This document shows positions 13,728 through 28,298 of a stretch of 60,000 nt of DNA, piece after piece. This stretch comes from Amphiscolops sp. MND2022. Taxonomy: Eukaryota. The stretch covers positions 43,340,001 to 43,400,000 of the forward strand of contig OZ076413.1 in the NCBI GenBank assembly GCA_964187785.1, written 5' to 3'. Every line of letters begins with the position of its first letter. Position 1 is the stretch's first letter. The position numbers were made by a program, and so were the translations under genes. The notes below the pieces were generated by a model. That model saw only the letters and a list, made by a program, of their open reading frames with translations, had not been told where the DNA came from and searched no databases.

Positions 13728-13909
13728 GCGCAAATTCTGGTGTGGCGAGACTTGTGTATAGTAACGGATGGCAAGTAGAAGAGGTCGATATGAAAGCCAC
13801 GTTTGATCAGTGGTACAGTGGGGGTGCCAACTATCAATACCCTGGAGACGAGAAGTCTTATGATTTTTGTGACAATGCCACCTATTCTTTTGCTCGCAGT
13901 TATATCCAG
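13728..13909 (+). CDS. internal exon of CAP/SCP-domain (CRISP/GAPR/PI16-like) host gene
   Basis: Acceptor tttctttctcttcag| and donor cag|gtatgt. Encodes ...DMKATFDQWYSGGANYQY...ARSYIQ (CAP WY and xYxQ motifs). The phase-0 end joins IMWAATQRIGC at 51043. Confidence 0.8.
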
Positions 13910-14296
13910 GTATGTAGAAGTGTGAACTCCGTAGTTATGACTAAAATTGCTTGCTTGTTGATAACGGCCCAGAGAATTATTCCGTATGCCTTAACCATTG
14001 CTGTAACAACATTTCCTACGTCACTAGAACGATCAGATGTTAATTTCACCCCCACATCATATTTTTGCTCATTCATATCAAGCCACCATCTAACAGTTCA
14101 AAAGCGTCTCACCTTCAATTATCAAATACTGAGTCGATTTTGATGTGTACTGACTCCTGATCACAAGTTTGACAGGTTATTTTAGGCATAGTGCTCTGAA
14201 AAACAACACTCATTTCAAGATTTATAGCACTTATTGACCTCTAAAATACAGTACATAATCAGCTCGAATCCAAAACCCAAACATGATTAAACGCTC

Positions 14297-14539
14297 AAAA
14301 CACGCTTCAAAACGCTTCTCCGAGTAAAATTTGAACTCCAATGTCAGGTAAAAGATATAAAAAACATTTTAGAAAAAAACATTATAGAAAAAAACCCTGC
14401 GATCATTAATAGGGAGAATCAAAACACACTTCAAAACGCTTCTCCGAGTAAAATATAAATTCCAATATCAGGTAGGAGATATGAAACACTTTTTCAAATT
14501 TCATTATTTTTTTACAAAAACCCTGCGATCATTAATGGG
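14297..14539. repeat. tandem duplication of a ~123-bp unit
   Basis: aaaacac(g/a)cttcaaaacgcttctccgagtaaaat...aaccctgcgatcattaat occurs twice. Confidence 0.75.
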
Positions 14540-15468
14540 GACAATTCAATTTCCCAAGTGAGTTCAAAGTATTTTACAAAAACCTGACTGTTGATTTCAA
14601 CAAACTAACTCGGAGGATGTCCGTAAGTCTAAACAGGAGACACTTGGACAAAAGCATATGTTTAATGTATATCAACAATTAGCCGATTTTTCACATCTTT
14701 AAAGATTTTCAACATTTTTCTCGGACTAAAAAAAAACAGATAAATTAATCATATTTTCAATGTTAATCATAAAAAACTAGCCTGTTTCCACTTCTAAAAA
14801 TAAACAAAAAAGGAATCAAGGAACAAGGTTTTCCTATAAAAAACTTTGTCAAAAAGTAAAATTTCACTGATCTCTATTTGCCGTATGGTAATACAAGAAA
14901 TGAACAGTGTAATATGTGCAATTCAATTCTATTCATCGGAAACGTGCACAAAAAACGTGCAGTGAAGTGTCATTGAGTTTTCACACTAGAGAAACACGAT
15001 CGAAGATTTGCCAAAATTCGTGCAAGCATGGTGAAAATTCGGGCAAAAAAGTTATTATTGACTTGATTGTTTTTGGCTTTCTTTTTAAAAATGTTGATAA
15101 AGAAGGTTTCTTTGTTCCAGTTTTCATGCTTGTCAATTATACCCAATATTATAAAAAAACCAGTTGTTATAATTACCTAAACAAAAATGTCTTTGAGTTG
15201 ACTTAAACAGTGCTATAAACAAGAGTTCATTTTATTCCAAACTAAGATCAACCACAATTTGTTATGCTGTTATATGAAGATCACTATTGTCTAATTACAC
15301 AGTTACAAACTACAACTAAAATAGGAATCCCATTTGATACATGTATTTGAAAGGTGTTTACCAGCATTTAAGCCAGAAGAATTCCAGAATGATCATCTTG
15401 AAAGATATATAAAACAAACGGCCCGCTGAGCACTAGTGATTTTTCCGCTAAAAACGTAACGCATCAGC

Positions 15469-15540
15469 AGCCCGGGTTCCATTCCAACCCAGGACCTTGT
15501 GTCTGTCAGACAGACGCACTAACAACTGTGTCATGGTTGA
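15469..15540 (-). mobile_element. degenerate tRNA-derived (SINE-head-like) sequence
   Basis: Reverse strand reads gacacagttgttagtgcgtctgtctgacagacacaaggtcctgggttggaat, with A/B-box-like motifs and an anticodon-like arm; not an intact cloverleaf. Confidence 0.35.
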
Positions 15541-15899
15541 GATTTGACAAGTGGAGTTCAAGTAAAAAAATAGTCAAGAAACTATTTGAAAAAGTCAAGT
15601 AGTGGGAGATCGTTGGGAGTCATGGAGATGAGCAACTTGCTAGTCATGGAGATGAACATTTCAGGAGTAATGAAGATTGTGGAGATTTGGCAGTATTTGG
15701 CGAAAAAAAAACGAAACACAAGTCATGATTTTCCTCCCCCATTATAAGTGGGCGGAAAAAAACAACAATCAACGAACCTGAGGTTTGAAGATCATTACAT
15801 GAAAGTAGATGTTCCAAAAAGAGTATATGAAAAATTTCGAATGTATTTATCTACTTTATTGGAATCCCGATAACCCAAATTTTTCTAAAACAAATTCCA

Positions 15900-17570
15900 T
15901 TTGCTGTTATTTGTTATGTAACAGCAACATCAAGAAATCAAAGTTACTTCTTTTTCGGAACAGATTGGGCAAAAAAGGTGTGTAGAAGAAATGTTGTTTT
16001 TAAGAAAAGAAGCATATAAATATATCAAACCATATACACCACTACAAAAAAGTCCTCAAAAAGAAATACCATTCCAACAATCTAATGTGTAATGTTTGTG
16101 TGAAGAACACTCAACTGAATCTTTCAAAACTATAATCGAACTATAATACCCTAAGAGTTTGGATAAAATGTACCAGTCCAAATAGTTTGTTTAGGTTTCA
16201 TGAACTTTTTACATTCCTTTTTGCTAGTCTAGAAAAACCTATAGCATCTTTATAGCATCTTTAGTTTGTTTTAAACATATTGATTTGAGGTTTATTTGAT
16301 GATTTGTTCAAGAAGAACTTAGATTATCAAGACGAGAAATTCAATCTTTAAAACTTAAACCAATCACTGAACCTAACCAAAGAAAACTATCGATCAACAT
16401 TATAACAATCATTTCCGTGTGAAGATGATCTAAAACTGATTAATAAATGCAACATTACAAAATCAGAACACTTACGCTGCGGTCTTTAAAATTGGATAAT
16501 CTTCAAAAAGATATATTCAAGCACTTTGTGGAAATTGTACACAACAATACGGTATCAATCCATTGAACAGCTACTCCACACCAGCGTTCACATCGAAAGC
16601 AGGATGAAAATTGACTAACATCAAGTTAGATTTTGATGAAGCAATACTATTCTTATTATTATTGGAAAACAACATTCCAACATTCCTAAGTGATGGGCTC
16701 GGTAATCAACAAAACCAATTTTATGATTCCAATAATATAAACGGTTGATAAATGAGTAGATATTCACCTACAGGCGACTTCGAAAAGCTATTGTTTGCGA
16801 ATGAGTATCATCAAGTAGTAGCAGATTTGTTAGTGGTTCCCGAAAAGAACGAGAATTTCCTGATGATTGTAATCTCGAACATCCAGCTGAACTCAGACAA
16901 AAGAATCAGAATTGCCCCTTTTGCCAGTATCAATAAGCAAGTTGTGCACTATTCTCAAATTACCAGAAAAAAACAACAAAATTTGATGCTTTATAGAATG
17001 TTCAAGTTTTATGTCAACATGGAGAAAAAAGTAACAAAAAATGTTACTGTTGCCTTATCAAAGTGGATTTTCAAAGAACATTTATCATAACGGCCAAAAG
17101 AAAACCAAAGAAAAATCAAACTTTGAAAAAGACTTATACGAAGTAATGAATGAGGCTTCCTTTTGTAAAACATTGGAAATGTAAAAACTAAGACTAATCT
17201 AGAATTCATATATCATTGTCAAATAAACCAATTTTTAAAAACACAATCCAAATTAGGTTTCAAAGTCATCATGGATCGCTTTTTTACTTTTCGTGTTTTT
17301 CTTATGAAAAAACAGCTGTTGTTGGTAAACCAATTTTTTGATTTCTCTGTGTTCGAATAAATGAATTTTTTATCACACTCTAGAAGCGTAATGGAAAGGA
17401 AAAAAAGAATTACATTTTAAGGAAACTGATTTCTTGGGTCTCAAACGACAAATGTTTAACAACTATGCGATTCTATAAACAAAAAAAGTTGTCGGAAAAA
17501 TGAAAACTGAAGCATCACCTTTATTAGTATGAGACAAGTTTAGCGCTTTACGATCAAAATTATATTACAG
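15900..17570 (+). pseudogene. Polinton/Maverick (adintovirus-like) protein-primed DNA polymerase B, decayed
   Basis: YDSNNING**MSRYSPTGDF at 16722 (motif A, cf. YLDANNLYGWAMS..LPTG.F); NFEKDLYEVMNEASFCKTLE at ~17119 (cf. KLMNNxxFGKTMEN); FLGLKRQMF at ~17430; SLALYDQNY at ~17538. Confidence 0.8.
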
Positions 17571-17599
17571 TTCCAAAGTTCAAAAGGTGAAACATTTAT

Positions 17600-18200
17600 C
17601 ATAAAAATGGTGTCGATTCTCCACTAGTTATCAATTGAAATGTCTAATTTTTATTAGTGTTAACATCTTTCGTGATATCACTTCGTTCTATATAAAACAT
17701 TTCTGCTGGTTTTTATCTAAAAATAATAGCATCACAATTTGCTGGTTTTCCATGGATGGGACGTTATATGGAATATACCAACGTATTTCTTTCATTACAG
17801 GTTTTACAACATCGACCCTTTTGCCACGAATAATAGCATCTCTAGTATTACGTTTTAGGACGAGGGTGTATTCCAACCCAAAAGTAATTTCTCCTTGATC
17901 AGCAAATCAAAACGAATTCCTCAATTCAAATCCCACGAAAAAGGTTCCTTCTTTGTTCCATCGTTTGTTAGTTGTTGTCTTCTTGTGTTTTCTGATTCCT
18001 CAAACCCATAGAATAACTCGCTTGTCTGTTGGTTGAAGGTAAATGTTTGCGCAGTATGGCGTGTAAATTGTCAATTCTTCCTAAGTTTCACCGAAGAGAT
18101 GTTGTTAGTTTGGCTTCACAACAAAATGACCAAACTCACCTGATCAATATAAGCATATCTTGTGTAACAACATATTCTCCAACAATTTAACTGGTTTTTT
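17600..18200 (-). pseudogene. Polinton major capsid protein (double jelly-roll) fragment
   Basis: F*FADQGEITFGLEYTLVLKRNTRDAII...KEIRWYIPYNVPS..QQ resembles the Polinton MCP segment (IFGF...YG..L.L.R....AI.......I.W.VP...PS); lies between pPolB and INT. Confidence 0.6.
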
Positions 18201-18689
18201 ATTCTGCAACCCCCTCAAATTTTGTGATAGGTACAACAACTCCTGTCAAACTCGAAGTTACACAAGGTGATGTTACACTCAAAATTGAAGCAGTGTCTAT
18301 TGAGTCTATTAAACCATTGACGAAATTGTGTTTTACTTTTGTTCGAACATTTTACAGTTTCATGACTCTACAAACGTTTAATTATTTTTACGTTTTGAAT
18401 TAAGCTGTAGGGGATATTGCTTTTTTAATTCGTAAATTTAACTATTGATCCAAACAAGGATTTCTAAACTAAGATAAGATTTTTAAATATTCCTTTACTA
18501 GCTGAAATTTATGAAAATAACTTCAGTAACCGTAATTTCATTCTGTGTTCAAGGTCAAAAGTATCTTTGAATTGATTGTTTTGCAACAACTCCACGATAT
18601 CTTGTTGTATAGCCTAACTCTGTCAGGTAGTATACAACATCTGATGTTTTTACTTTGGTTCCATGGTTTTGTTATTAGATTCAAACTTG

Positions 18690-19200
18690 AACACACTTGC
18701 TAAAGGTTTCTGTTCATAATATGTTCCGTCTATTTGTTCGGTGTTTTCGTCTTCTAAAGTGTAGATTACTGGACTTGTATTGTAAATTTTATGTATTTTA
18801 AAACGTTCTGTTTTCCAATGTAGGGCACCTTTATTGAACGAGATGCGTTTATCCGGAACTCTTATATAGTCCCCACTTAACCTTTGGTCTGCTTCGGTTT
18901 ATTATTATCATTAGCTTTTTGTTAGTTGGCATTTCAAAAGGTGTTATAAGGTTTGTGCCATGGACGCCATTATTATACTTTTTCAAAGCAGCTTCTAGTT
19001 GATTCAACTAGCAAGCTTTACCTTCAATATACATGGGTTCTTTTGTAAGAGTTAATAATAGCGTTCAGAAGAAGCGTTCAATGAAAATAGCTTTCAAATC
19101 TAAATTGGTTGAATAAAGTTGTTTTTCTTTTCGCTCACGAAAATCTAAAAACCGTTTTTTTGAAACTCTTGCAGAGCGGACACCTAAAGCAAAGCAAAGA
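18690..19200 (-). pseudogene. Polinton retroviral-like integrase, decayed
   Basis: KAIFIERF..., KKYNNGVHG...TPFE, VGDYIRVPDKR.SFNKG..HWKTERFKIHKIYNTSPVIYTLEDENTEQIDGTYYEQ: typical Polinton INT C-terminal half. Confidence 0.85.
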
Positions 19201-21661
19201 CTAATGGCAGAGAAACTCTAATGAAAGCAACACAACCGTTGGTTATTGCACTTTTGTTATGGTTCTGAAGTTATTTTACAAAATGCTACCTCAAGTAGGT
19301 AAAAAAGCGCAAAATGAGTCGTGTTGATTGATTATCTTTCTTTGGTACTTGAGACCCCGGTTCATTGATGTGTGGTCTACCCTTGTGATTTTTTGTTATA
19401 TTGGCCGCCACCGTATTAACGGTTAATACCAGTAATTTCGAGCTTGAAAGCTTTTTTTGGCAATTATAGACGTTAGTCTATTGGTCCCTGATTACAGAAA
19501 TTTACATTTTTTATGCGAATAAAGAAGAAATTTTGAAAGACTGGAATAAGTTACCCGAAAAAAATTTTGCGGTCGGTGAATCACGACCTGCAAATAACCA
19601 GTCGTATCTGTACCCAGATGCTCAAGGCACCAAAATGAACAGCTAAGGCAGAGCGACTTTGGGTGACAATCTTGGAAGTATAAAGGCGGCACATGCTAAT
19701 GCTCATATTTAATGCTTGGCTCATATATGGTGCTTAATGGCTTCGAAACGGGCGACACATTCTATAATGCTTGAATCATGCAAGATTTTCCTTGACTCGA
19801 GAAATTATGCTTCGAAATTTCAGTGCTTCGAAAATATTTTGTCAACGATGGGTGTATCTAATTATGGATGTGACAGGTCTCAGTTGAATTAGGAGACTTA
19901 CAAGACAATTATATAACGTTTCGAGTGACACAACATCGACTGTAAAATTTAATGGAAAAAAAAACGAAATTTCAAATAATTTCGATTTGGTACCTCTAAA
20001 AGTACTGTCTGCTAATTTGGAGGTCGAATCATTTGCCACATGGTATCTCAAAATATAGTTTTGATTCCTCTTGTTTCTGAAACAAATTGAAATTTAGTTT
20101 TACCAGAGAGGTTAAGTACAAAATTCCTTATACTATAACATGGCGCTGCGAGCTGAACCAACCAGAGGCCCACCTTCAGCGATAGTAGGATTACAATACA
20201 ATACATAGGCCGCAAAAGAGGAATTTATCATCAAGTGTAATGTGTAGTTTCCGTAAAACGAGAGGCAACCGTTTTCTAGTCAAACAGTGAAGTGTGTTCA
20301 TCGTGAATTTTGATGCACAGTGTAATCAAAATTGTGGATTTTGGTCATTGAGCCTAGCTAGAGAAAAATGGAAACCAGTCAAGAATTTTGAGCTACAATT
20401 GGCTCAAGTCCGTAACGTGTATAAAGCTTAAATTAGTCAATCAATCTTTGACTAGAATTCACTTTTCGAGTACTTAGAAAAATCTACCACGTAAACTAGA
20501 CAATCTTTTACTAGAACTCACATTTGGAGTTCTTATGAATATCATACATTGAAAACGGGGAAAGTGATCAAAGTTTGACTACTTTACACCAAACAAACGA
20601 TACATCCCATTGCTTTCTTATTTAATAAAAAGTCTTCACCGTGAGTCATTGTGACATTGTAATTGCAGTCGATAATTGGTTTGACTGTTTTACACTATTC
20701 ACTTTGACAGCCAGTGGTTTAGACTAATTTGACTAATTTACATAATTACATGGGTATTACATACGTGATTTCACGTGGGTAGAAACAGAAAAGAGCCCTA
20801 ATGTGTAATGTTTTGTGTAATGTTAAATTAATGTTGTGTAATGATTGAGATTATTTTTTGATTATACCTGGACAATATGCAATACAAATGTACAATTTAC
20901 AATACATATGTGAGTGTTTATAAAACAGCAATGATAATTGGAAAGTTTCATTCAAAAGTTCGATAACCTGGGTTGGGTTCCGAATTAGAAATAGTGAACG
21001 TTTCAGAGAACGTGAAATCTTCGGTAGGCCCATTAGAGGGCTCTCGCAACAAACGGAGCATCCAAAAACAAGAGACATGGCTCCCGTTGGGTATTCAAAT
21101 GATGAATACAGTATATTTCCTTTCGTGATAATTCATTGTAAATTTTTTTCCCTTCTTTTCGTTTAGTATTTGGAATTGTTGATCTTTTATTATGAACTAG
21201 AGGATCTTTTCTGTTAAATCGCCGCCCACTGATTTGATACCTCCTAGTTAAACGGTCAAGTGAATGTACCGGGGAACGGTGTAATTGAGCGGGGCATTGA
21301 AACTTTCACGCCTTCTGTGGGGTGAATTAACAGAAAAGATCCAAACAAAATTTCTTCCAGATTTGCCCTCTGTGATGGACAACTGTTGTGAAGTATCCCG
21401 TTTTTAGCGATAGTCACCGTGACTATTACTTGTGACAAGTAATTGCGAAATATGACTTTTTTGAATTAAATTCTTTTTCCATTTTTGCTATTTTTGATGA
21501 GCAGGTGTGTTTTCGATGCATTGTCACGACAGTTCGCTCTGAGGCGGGAGCTTCCTAGCTATGTGATAAAATCCACCTCTTTTTCATTTTCCAGGGAAAC
21601 AAAGTCACGAAAAGAGGAAAATCAAAACATTGAAAAACATAGGCGCGACGGCATGTCGCGC

Positions 21662-22750
21662 TTGGGCACGAGCAGAAACGTTCAATGGTCTGCAGCAGGT
21701 GTTACAAATTCTTTGTGTTCCAGGGCTTACAGCCTTGTGAACTTATCCAGTCTCAAATGAGGATAATTTGATGAAAGAACTAAAGAGATGAAGGAAATTT
21801 TTTTGAGAAAAACGAAAAACTGTACTTTTGGCAGAAACCCGAAGGCGTCATATTTCATGACGGAAACTTTGAAAGTACAAAAGGTAGCCTACATACTTGC
21901 CTCACTTTGTGAGGGAGGATGGTTTTCGTATCTATTTTCAGTTCTGAGAAAAATCAGCTACTATTTGGAAAAAAATGGAAAAAATTCAGAAAAATTTTTT
22001 CATTACTTTATTTGCAAAAAAATCCAGAGCGAAAAAAATTTCGACATCACTTTTAGCCTAAAACGTAGCCTACAGAAGCCTCGTAAAATTACGGAATCCA
22101 TGAACCCCATATTTGGTCTCGGTCATGAGATATACGAGCTCAAGTAAAAAAGAACCAAGTAATTTTTTTGAAAACAATAGAAGTTTTTTTGGCAGAAAAA
22201 CGAAGGCGTCATTCTTGATGACGGTAACTTTGTTGGTCCAAAAAGTAGCCTACATCTATGTTGTTCTTCTCGAAAGAGAACGGTCTCTGTATCTCTCATC
22301 AGTTTTGAGAAATATGAGCTACGAATGACAAAAAAAATTTCGAAAAATTTTTTGTCCTCTTTTTTGCCCAAAAACACCGAATATGAAAAAATTTTTGACG
22401 TCAATTTTAAGAAAAAATGTAGCCTATGAAACGCTTGTACAACTTACGAAACCATGGACCCTGTACTCGGTCTCAGTTCAGAGATATAGGGGATCAAAGA
22501 TGAAAAATAGTCAAAAAGAGCGTTTTTTCGGAAATTCTTTTGAAAAAACCCATGATGCCGATTTTTTTCGAAAACTTTTTAGGCGAAAATGTAGCCTAGG
22601 GTCCTGCGCAATTTTTAGCGAAATAAAGATGTCCGTATCTGTTCTGGGTTTTGAGAAATTTGCCTCACAAGTTTGAAAAATTGGCACATGTCACGAAATC
22701 TGCGAAAAAAAACGTCACCATATGGGCATCTCGCAAAGCTCGTGCCCCAA
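21662..22750. mobile_element. putative non-autonomous DNA transposon with short TIRs and internal ~360-bp tandem units
   Basis: ttgggcacgagc (21662) is inverted to gctcgtgccccaa (22738-22750). Blocks ttttggcagaaa..gaaggcgtcat...gtagcctacat repeat at ~21826 and ~22187. Confidence 0.45.
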
Positions 22751-22949
22751 AAACGATGATCTAACGATGAAACATATAACACCGCAGAGAACTGAGCCTC
22801 ACAGCAAGCTGTCGTGACTTGCATTCTAAACTTCATTTCAATTACATCCTCTACACACGCGATATTATTTCACGCGGTAGCACCAAGTTGTTGACCTGAT
22901 TATGCTAATAGTTCCGAACTCAACGGCAGAATTGACAGACACCACAGAC

Positions 22950-25900
22950 ATTTGAGCAAAATGTCTCAAGGGGGGCATGGAAGAAACGAAAGCTACGAAG
23001 AAAGCAATTAGTGATCTTTGTTTGGCTTTGGGGATGGCGACAAGAAAAACCATTGCTTGCAGTTTTCCCAGTGTAAATATTGCAAGAATAACACTAACAG
23101 ATTCGATAAAAACGTGGAAAGATTGCTTTGGGAAACCGAAAAACGAGACTCTAGACCGATTCAAGTTTCTGAGCCCAAGATAAGAAGAAGGTGAGACACT
23201 GAGGCAATTCTGAAACGTATCGAATTCAATAGCATCAAAATGTAGTTTCAAAGGAATTACGGAGAGACATGTGAAAGATGTATTTATTGTGAATAAGGCC
23301 AATAAGTGTGTACAACAAAAACTGTGTACAGAACCGAAAAGTACGGTAGATGAGACAATTCAGTTTGAAAAACTCATCTGAAGAAGGCTTGTTACCTCAG
23401 CAATTATTCGAAAAGTTGAAATAACCAAGTATCAAGACGGAACCGAATGAAGTGAATAGTATCAACACAGGAATGAAACGTTGGGGTACAAGCTAGATAA
23501 TCAGAATTGCTTTAGATGTGAAGCAATATTTAGCCCAGAACATTTAAAGGAGTGCAAAGCAATGAGGGTACCTGTGTAGAATGTGGAAAAGAGGGCCACT
23601 TTGCTAAATGTTGTCAGATAAAGGTGGTTGGAAACTTGCAAAGAGTCGAAATGTTATAAAACCACCAGCTCAAAGAAGACAATACAAAGAATTGACGGAT
23701 GGGGGGAACGCAGCATCCGTTCAATGCTAGACAACGACAAAAATGTTCTGACAATTGAGGGCGATGAGAATGGACAATTTTCGTTGATTGGGAAGTAAAA
23801 CGAAATCCAATTTGAAACAATGGTGGACTCAAAATCTCCTGTTACCATCTTTGAGATTGAAGATATAGGAAGAATAAAAAAGCGGAAGACATTATTCACT
23901 CGACAGTTACCAGAAGACGAAAATTACTTTGATTCGTACGAGCAGAAATTGAATTTACGGTATATGGGTTTTGTCAACGTGAGGTAGCAGACTGCATACT
24001 ACAGAAAACGAGAGTTTTGGTGGCACCACAAGGAGCAAATACACTAGTCGACGGGATTGGTTGAATGCATTTAACTACAAATTCGTCTCGCCTAATCTGA
24101 AAGAAGGCAACTAAGTTTTTTACAAAAAGCACAAAAGTAACTACCCAACTATCAAAATCAACTAAATCAAACCAAGTGAATAAATAGGAGAAATTATACA
24201 ACACTAACGAAAAAATCGAACGAATAGAAATGAAACAACAAATCAGGAGTTGTTTGAAAGATAAGGAGAACTAAACAAAAATAAAGTAAAATTAGAATAC
24301 AAACGAAACGAGCGATTAACAGAGCAGCAAGGTAGGCGGGTCTCCGTACAGCTACAAGAAGCTGTACAGGCAGAAATACCCGTGGTAATTTGACGTGGAC
24401 TGTGACGGAGGAAAGCCAAGAAAAACGTTTTGAGTCGGTAAAACAAGATTTGCAAAAATCAAACAACGCGAATAAAAGAAAAAAGTGGGAAAAGTGTAAT
24501 TTTGCACAAGAAGAACTCGAGTGGTTGGATATACATTATCCCTAACCGGGATAAAACCCAATAAATCAAAAGTTCAAGCTTTTACCTGAAAAACAGTACC
24601 AAAAAATTTGAAAGGACTAAGATCGTAGTTGGGAACTCTTAAACAAATAAATTGTTCCAACCAAATTTAGCGGAGTTATGTCCTGCTATAAGACCAATAT
24701 TGAAAAAGAATCAACCCTGGAAATGGGAAAAACATTAAAACAGAGCTTTTCAAGCAATAAAGGAACAAGTAAAACGTGTAACAGAAGTAGGACACTTCAA
24801 ACAGAGTTGCTCAAAAAAACAGTATGCGACACCTGTGAGTCAGGCTTAAGCGCGGTACTTCAGCAAAATATTAAAAAGGGTTGGAGACCGATACATTTTG
24901 CGTCGAGATTCCTTATACCTTTGGAGAATATAGACTCAAAAAACAAATCGGAACTACTTGCGGTTGTGTGGGCCGTCAAAGATCTCAAAAATACTTATTG
25001 GGAACTAAATTCCAGATCGAATTTGATGATAAAGCATTAGCAACGGAATTAAAGGAAAATGAAAACAACAAAAAACTTTCAAGTTAAACAAAATGTTGGG
25101 TCGATAGACTACTCCCTTTTGACTTCGAAATTTTTCAGGCATCCGGACGAACAATTGGCTTCGCAGACTACATATCACCCCACCCTTCGTTAATTGGAGG
25201 AGAAAGTATAAATGCACCAGAACTTTGAACACGTTGTTCTCGAAAAGTCTTGTGAGTAAAATGAATAGCATTTAAGCAGCAGATTTGGATGGACCAATCA
25301 GAGGACGGCGCTGATTAAAACTACAACGAAGTGACAAACGAAGCATGAGCGCACAATTGCCGCTGAAGAGTAAACAATTAGTCATTTTCCGAAATACAAC
25401 ACTTCACAAAGAAATGGTACAACCAAACTCAGGCCAAAGTTTACCAGAACCCAAATTCAAACTTTTCGACTAAATACAGAGAAGTAAACTTGAAAAAGCA
25501 AATCATCTCGGACGCAATCTTCTAGCTGCAAATTATTTAGATGATGAATTCCTTCAGAACTTATAAAGCTAGTGAAAAGACCTACAGAAGCCAAAACTAA
25601 AAACTTTGATAGTCCATGGAAAGAACGTTTCCACGCCTTATCATCAAATGAAAACGACCTACTCTGTTCGGATTATCGCCTTGTAATCCCAAAAAACCTA
25701 CAGCCACCAATTAAAACATCAATACACTGGGGGCACCTCGGAAAGGATCCAATGCTACGACAAATCAGCGATAAATGGTGGCCCAGGATACATCAGGATA
25801 AAACGTTACTCGCAAAGAGCTGCCCACAATGTCAAGAATCCTGTAAGTCAATTAAACCATAAAGAAAACAAATATTTTCGGCAAAATACCAATACCAGAA

Positions 25901-26650
25901 AATATTAACGATGAGGCAGCAATTGGTTTAGCAGGACCATTTAAAATCGCGCGAAGCTCGCAGAAGTATCTAATAATGTCGATCGACAGTGAAACAGGTC
26001 GGCAGGACGCAAAACTTCTTGGAGCACCAACAACAAGCGAGGTAATTGAGTTTCTTCAACGATACATTGCTGATAATGGAATTCCAAAACAAAATAGACC
26101 GGATCCAGGAACGGCATTCCTAATTAACATTCTCGAACAGTTTTGAAATATTTACTTTATAAAACTTGTATAAAACAAGATCATGGGGCAACGGTAAAGT
26201 GGAACGCCTGAGAACAATAAATGAACGACTTAGAAGAAATAAAACATTGAGAAAAGGATAATAGAGGATTGTCGGAACTACTATATGCACTTCGAATCGC
26301 ACCGCGAAAAGATATTTTCCCGGTGGAACTAATCAATAACGGGAAATTCACTACAATTAAAAACATCATTACTACAAAACGAACAAAGTGCTACCATGTT
26401 TCAGATAACGACCACGAGTTTCATTTGCATATGTCAGACTTCCCGATGGACCATGACACGGAAATCTTCGTGCGAGAACGAGCAAGGGGCACGGAATTAG
26501 ATATAAACGAGATGTGGCGAAGCAACAACTCACAGTGAAAAGGACGCATTACCATCAACAAGTAAAGACAACAAACACCGCAAGCTTTAAAGCCAGTCAC
26601 GGCGGACGACCACGGAACCAAACAAAAGCAAAGAACCAAATGCAGCAGTC
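22950..26650 (+). pseudogene. old decayed Ty3/Gypsy gag-pol, most of RT deleted, no LTRs recognised
   Basis: Gag (KNETLDRFKFLSPR*EEGETLRQF), knuckle CGKEGHFAKCC, protease MVDSKSPVTI, RNase H VCDTCESGLSAVLQQ...WRPIHFASRFL...ELLAVVWAV, integrase zinc finger HWGHLG...WWPRI...CPQC; many stops. Confidence 0.85.
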
Positions 26651-28298
26651 AAACCAAAACAAACTACAGGACCAAAAAGAAAGACCATAAACTTACCAAC
26701 AAAACTGCATCGATTAGAAAACTGGAGACAATCAGCAGAATACACAACGGATGAAGAAGAACGCGGAAGGAAGGCGCAAATGAAAGCAACGGTGTCCTGA
26801 GAAAAGAAAGCTGAAGAAGAGCCAGAAAAAGCTGAAAGTGAACCAAACAGTTAAACATCTGAACGTTCAAAACGTGACAGGAAGGCGCCAAACTATTCAT
26901 TATCTGTGGAGTAGATAAACCTAAGATTATCGTCATTTCGTTGTCAACAGAAGACAACTAAAGAAAACGAGGGAAGAAAAGAAGCAGGTGAGCCTTTTAC
27001 ATTTCCTTTATACCATTGATGAAGAACGCCAAGCCTCGAAGACCTGTAAAAGTATTGTCAGGTGAATTGGGGGGCGAATCAATTCCCATATGGTCTCTCA
27101 AAATGTAGTATTGCTTCCTCGTGTTTCTGAAACAGAGTTGAAGATTGGTATTACTAAAGAGATTAACCACACGATTCCTTATCCTTATACAATGGAACTC
27201 GAAGCGATTCTCTCGGAAATTATATTGCATGAAGAAACCATGGAAATCAAGATGGGAAATATAAACCTGTTTATTCAGTTGGAATAGAAACACATTTTTT
27301 TCTATTACGCTTTATTAATTTCTGAAATTTCCTTCTTTCCAGCCCAGCTTATCGTCGAAAAAGGCAGTTTTCACAGCCCGCTCCCGGTCTGGCTTGTGGT
27401 TGCCGACGACTGAAGATCGGAAGAGGACATGGAGGCAATCTGAGGTTCCCAAAATCTTATTATAACTGGTAACTCTAAAACCTTATCATTGAAATAAACT
27501 GTGACTAGAAATGTGAAAATACATCTACGCTACGCAAACTTTAAATGAAAATGAAAACAGAGAACGAAATGAGCCAAAATGATTTCGCAGGACGTTTTTA
27601 TCACGTCAAAATAGAAACATTCGTCACCTGAAAACTTAATTAAGAATACGTCTTAGAATAAAGACCATAGACCGATCTAAATGAAAACATATTCAAAATT
27701 GTCAATCGGGAACGAACAACAACCAGATCTAAAATAGAAAATACATTGAGATGGCACGCCGAAACATTAACGCCTTTTCTAAGAAAGGCAACTTAATTGC
27801 ACTTTGGACAGCAATTAATGAAGAATAGGACGGTATCGCGTCGCTGAGCAAACAAATATTAAAGGTACATGCAAATATTACTATATTCGTGACGTCAGCA
27901 TTCTGCCGCTAACTAGTTAACGAGGTAGAAAGTATTCCAAATCAGACGTCGGCGTGACGTCACAGCTATAACAGCTAGCTAGATTCCACTCCAAATTTAC
28001 GTCAAAGCTACGTCCAATACCGGCAAATTAAGGCCAATGCTAATATGTACGTCCGCGTTACGTCAAAAATCCATCAAAGTAGCTGTTTTAGTCCATCCCA
28101 GGATAGTGAAATGAATATCGGTATTACAGACTTGACGGAAAAGAAACGTTTAAGGACAATACCAAGCTCAACAAAGATAAGAACAAAAATATAACAAAAT
28201 AGATTACGTCCAGGCCTCGTCGATTTGAATACTGGTTGATTAAAATCGCGTTACAAAAAAACCTGATTAGGGTTTTCCTACTCTTTATGTATATTGTC

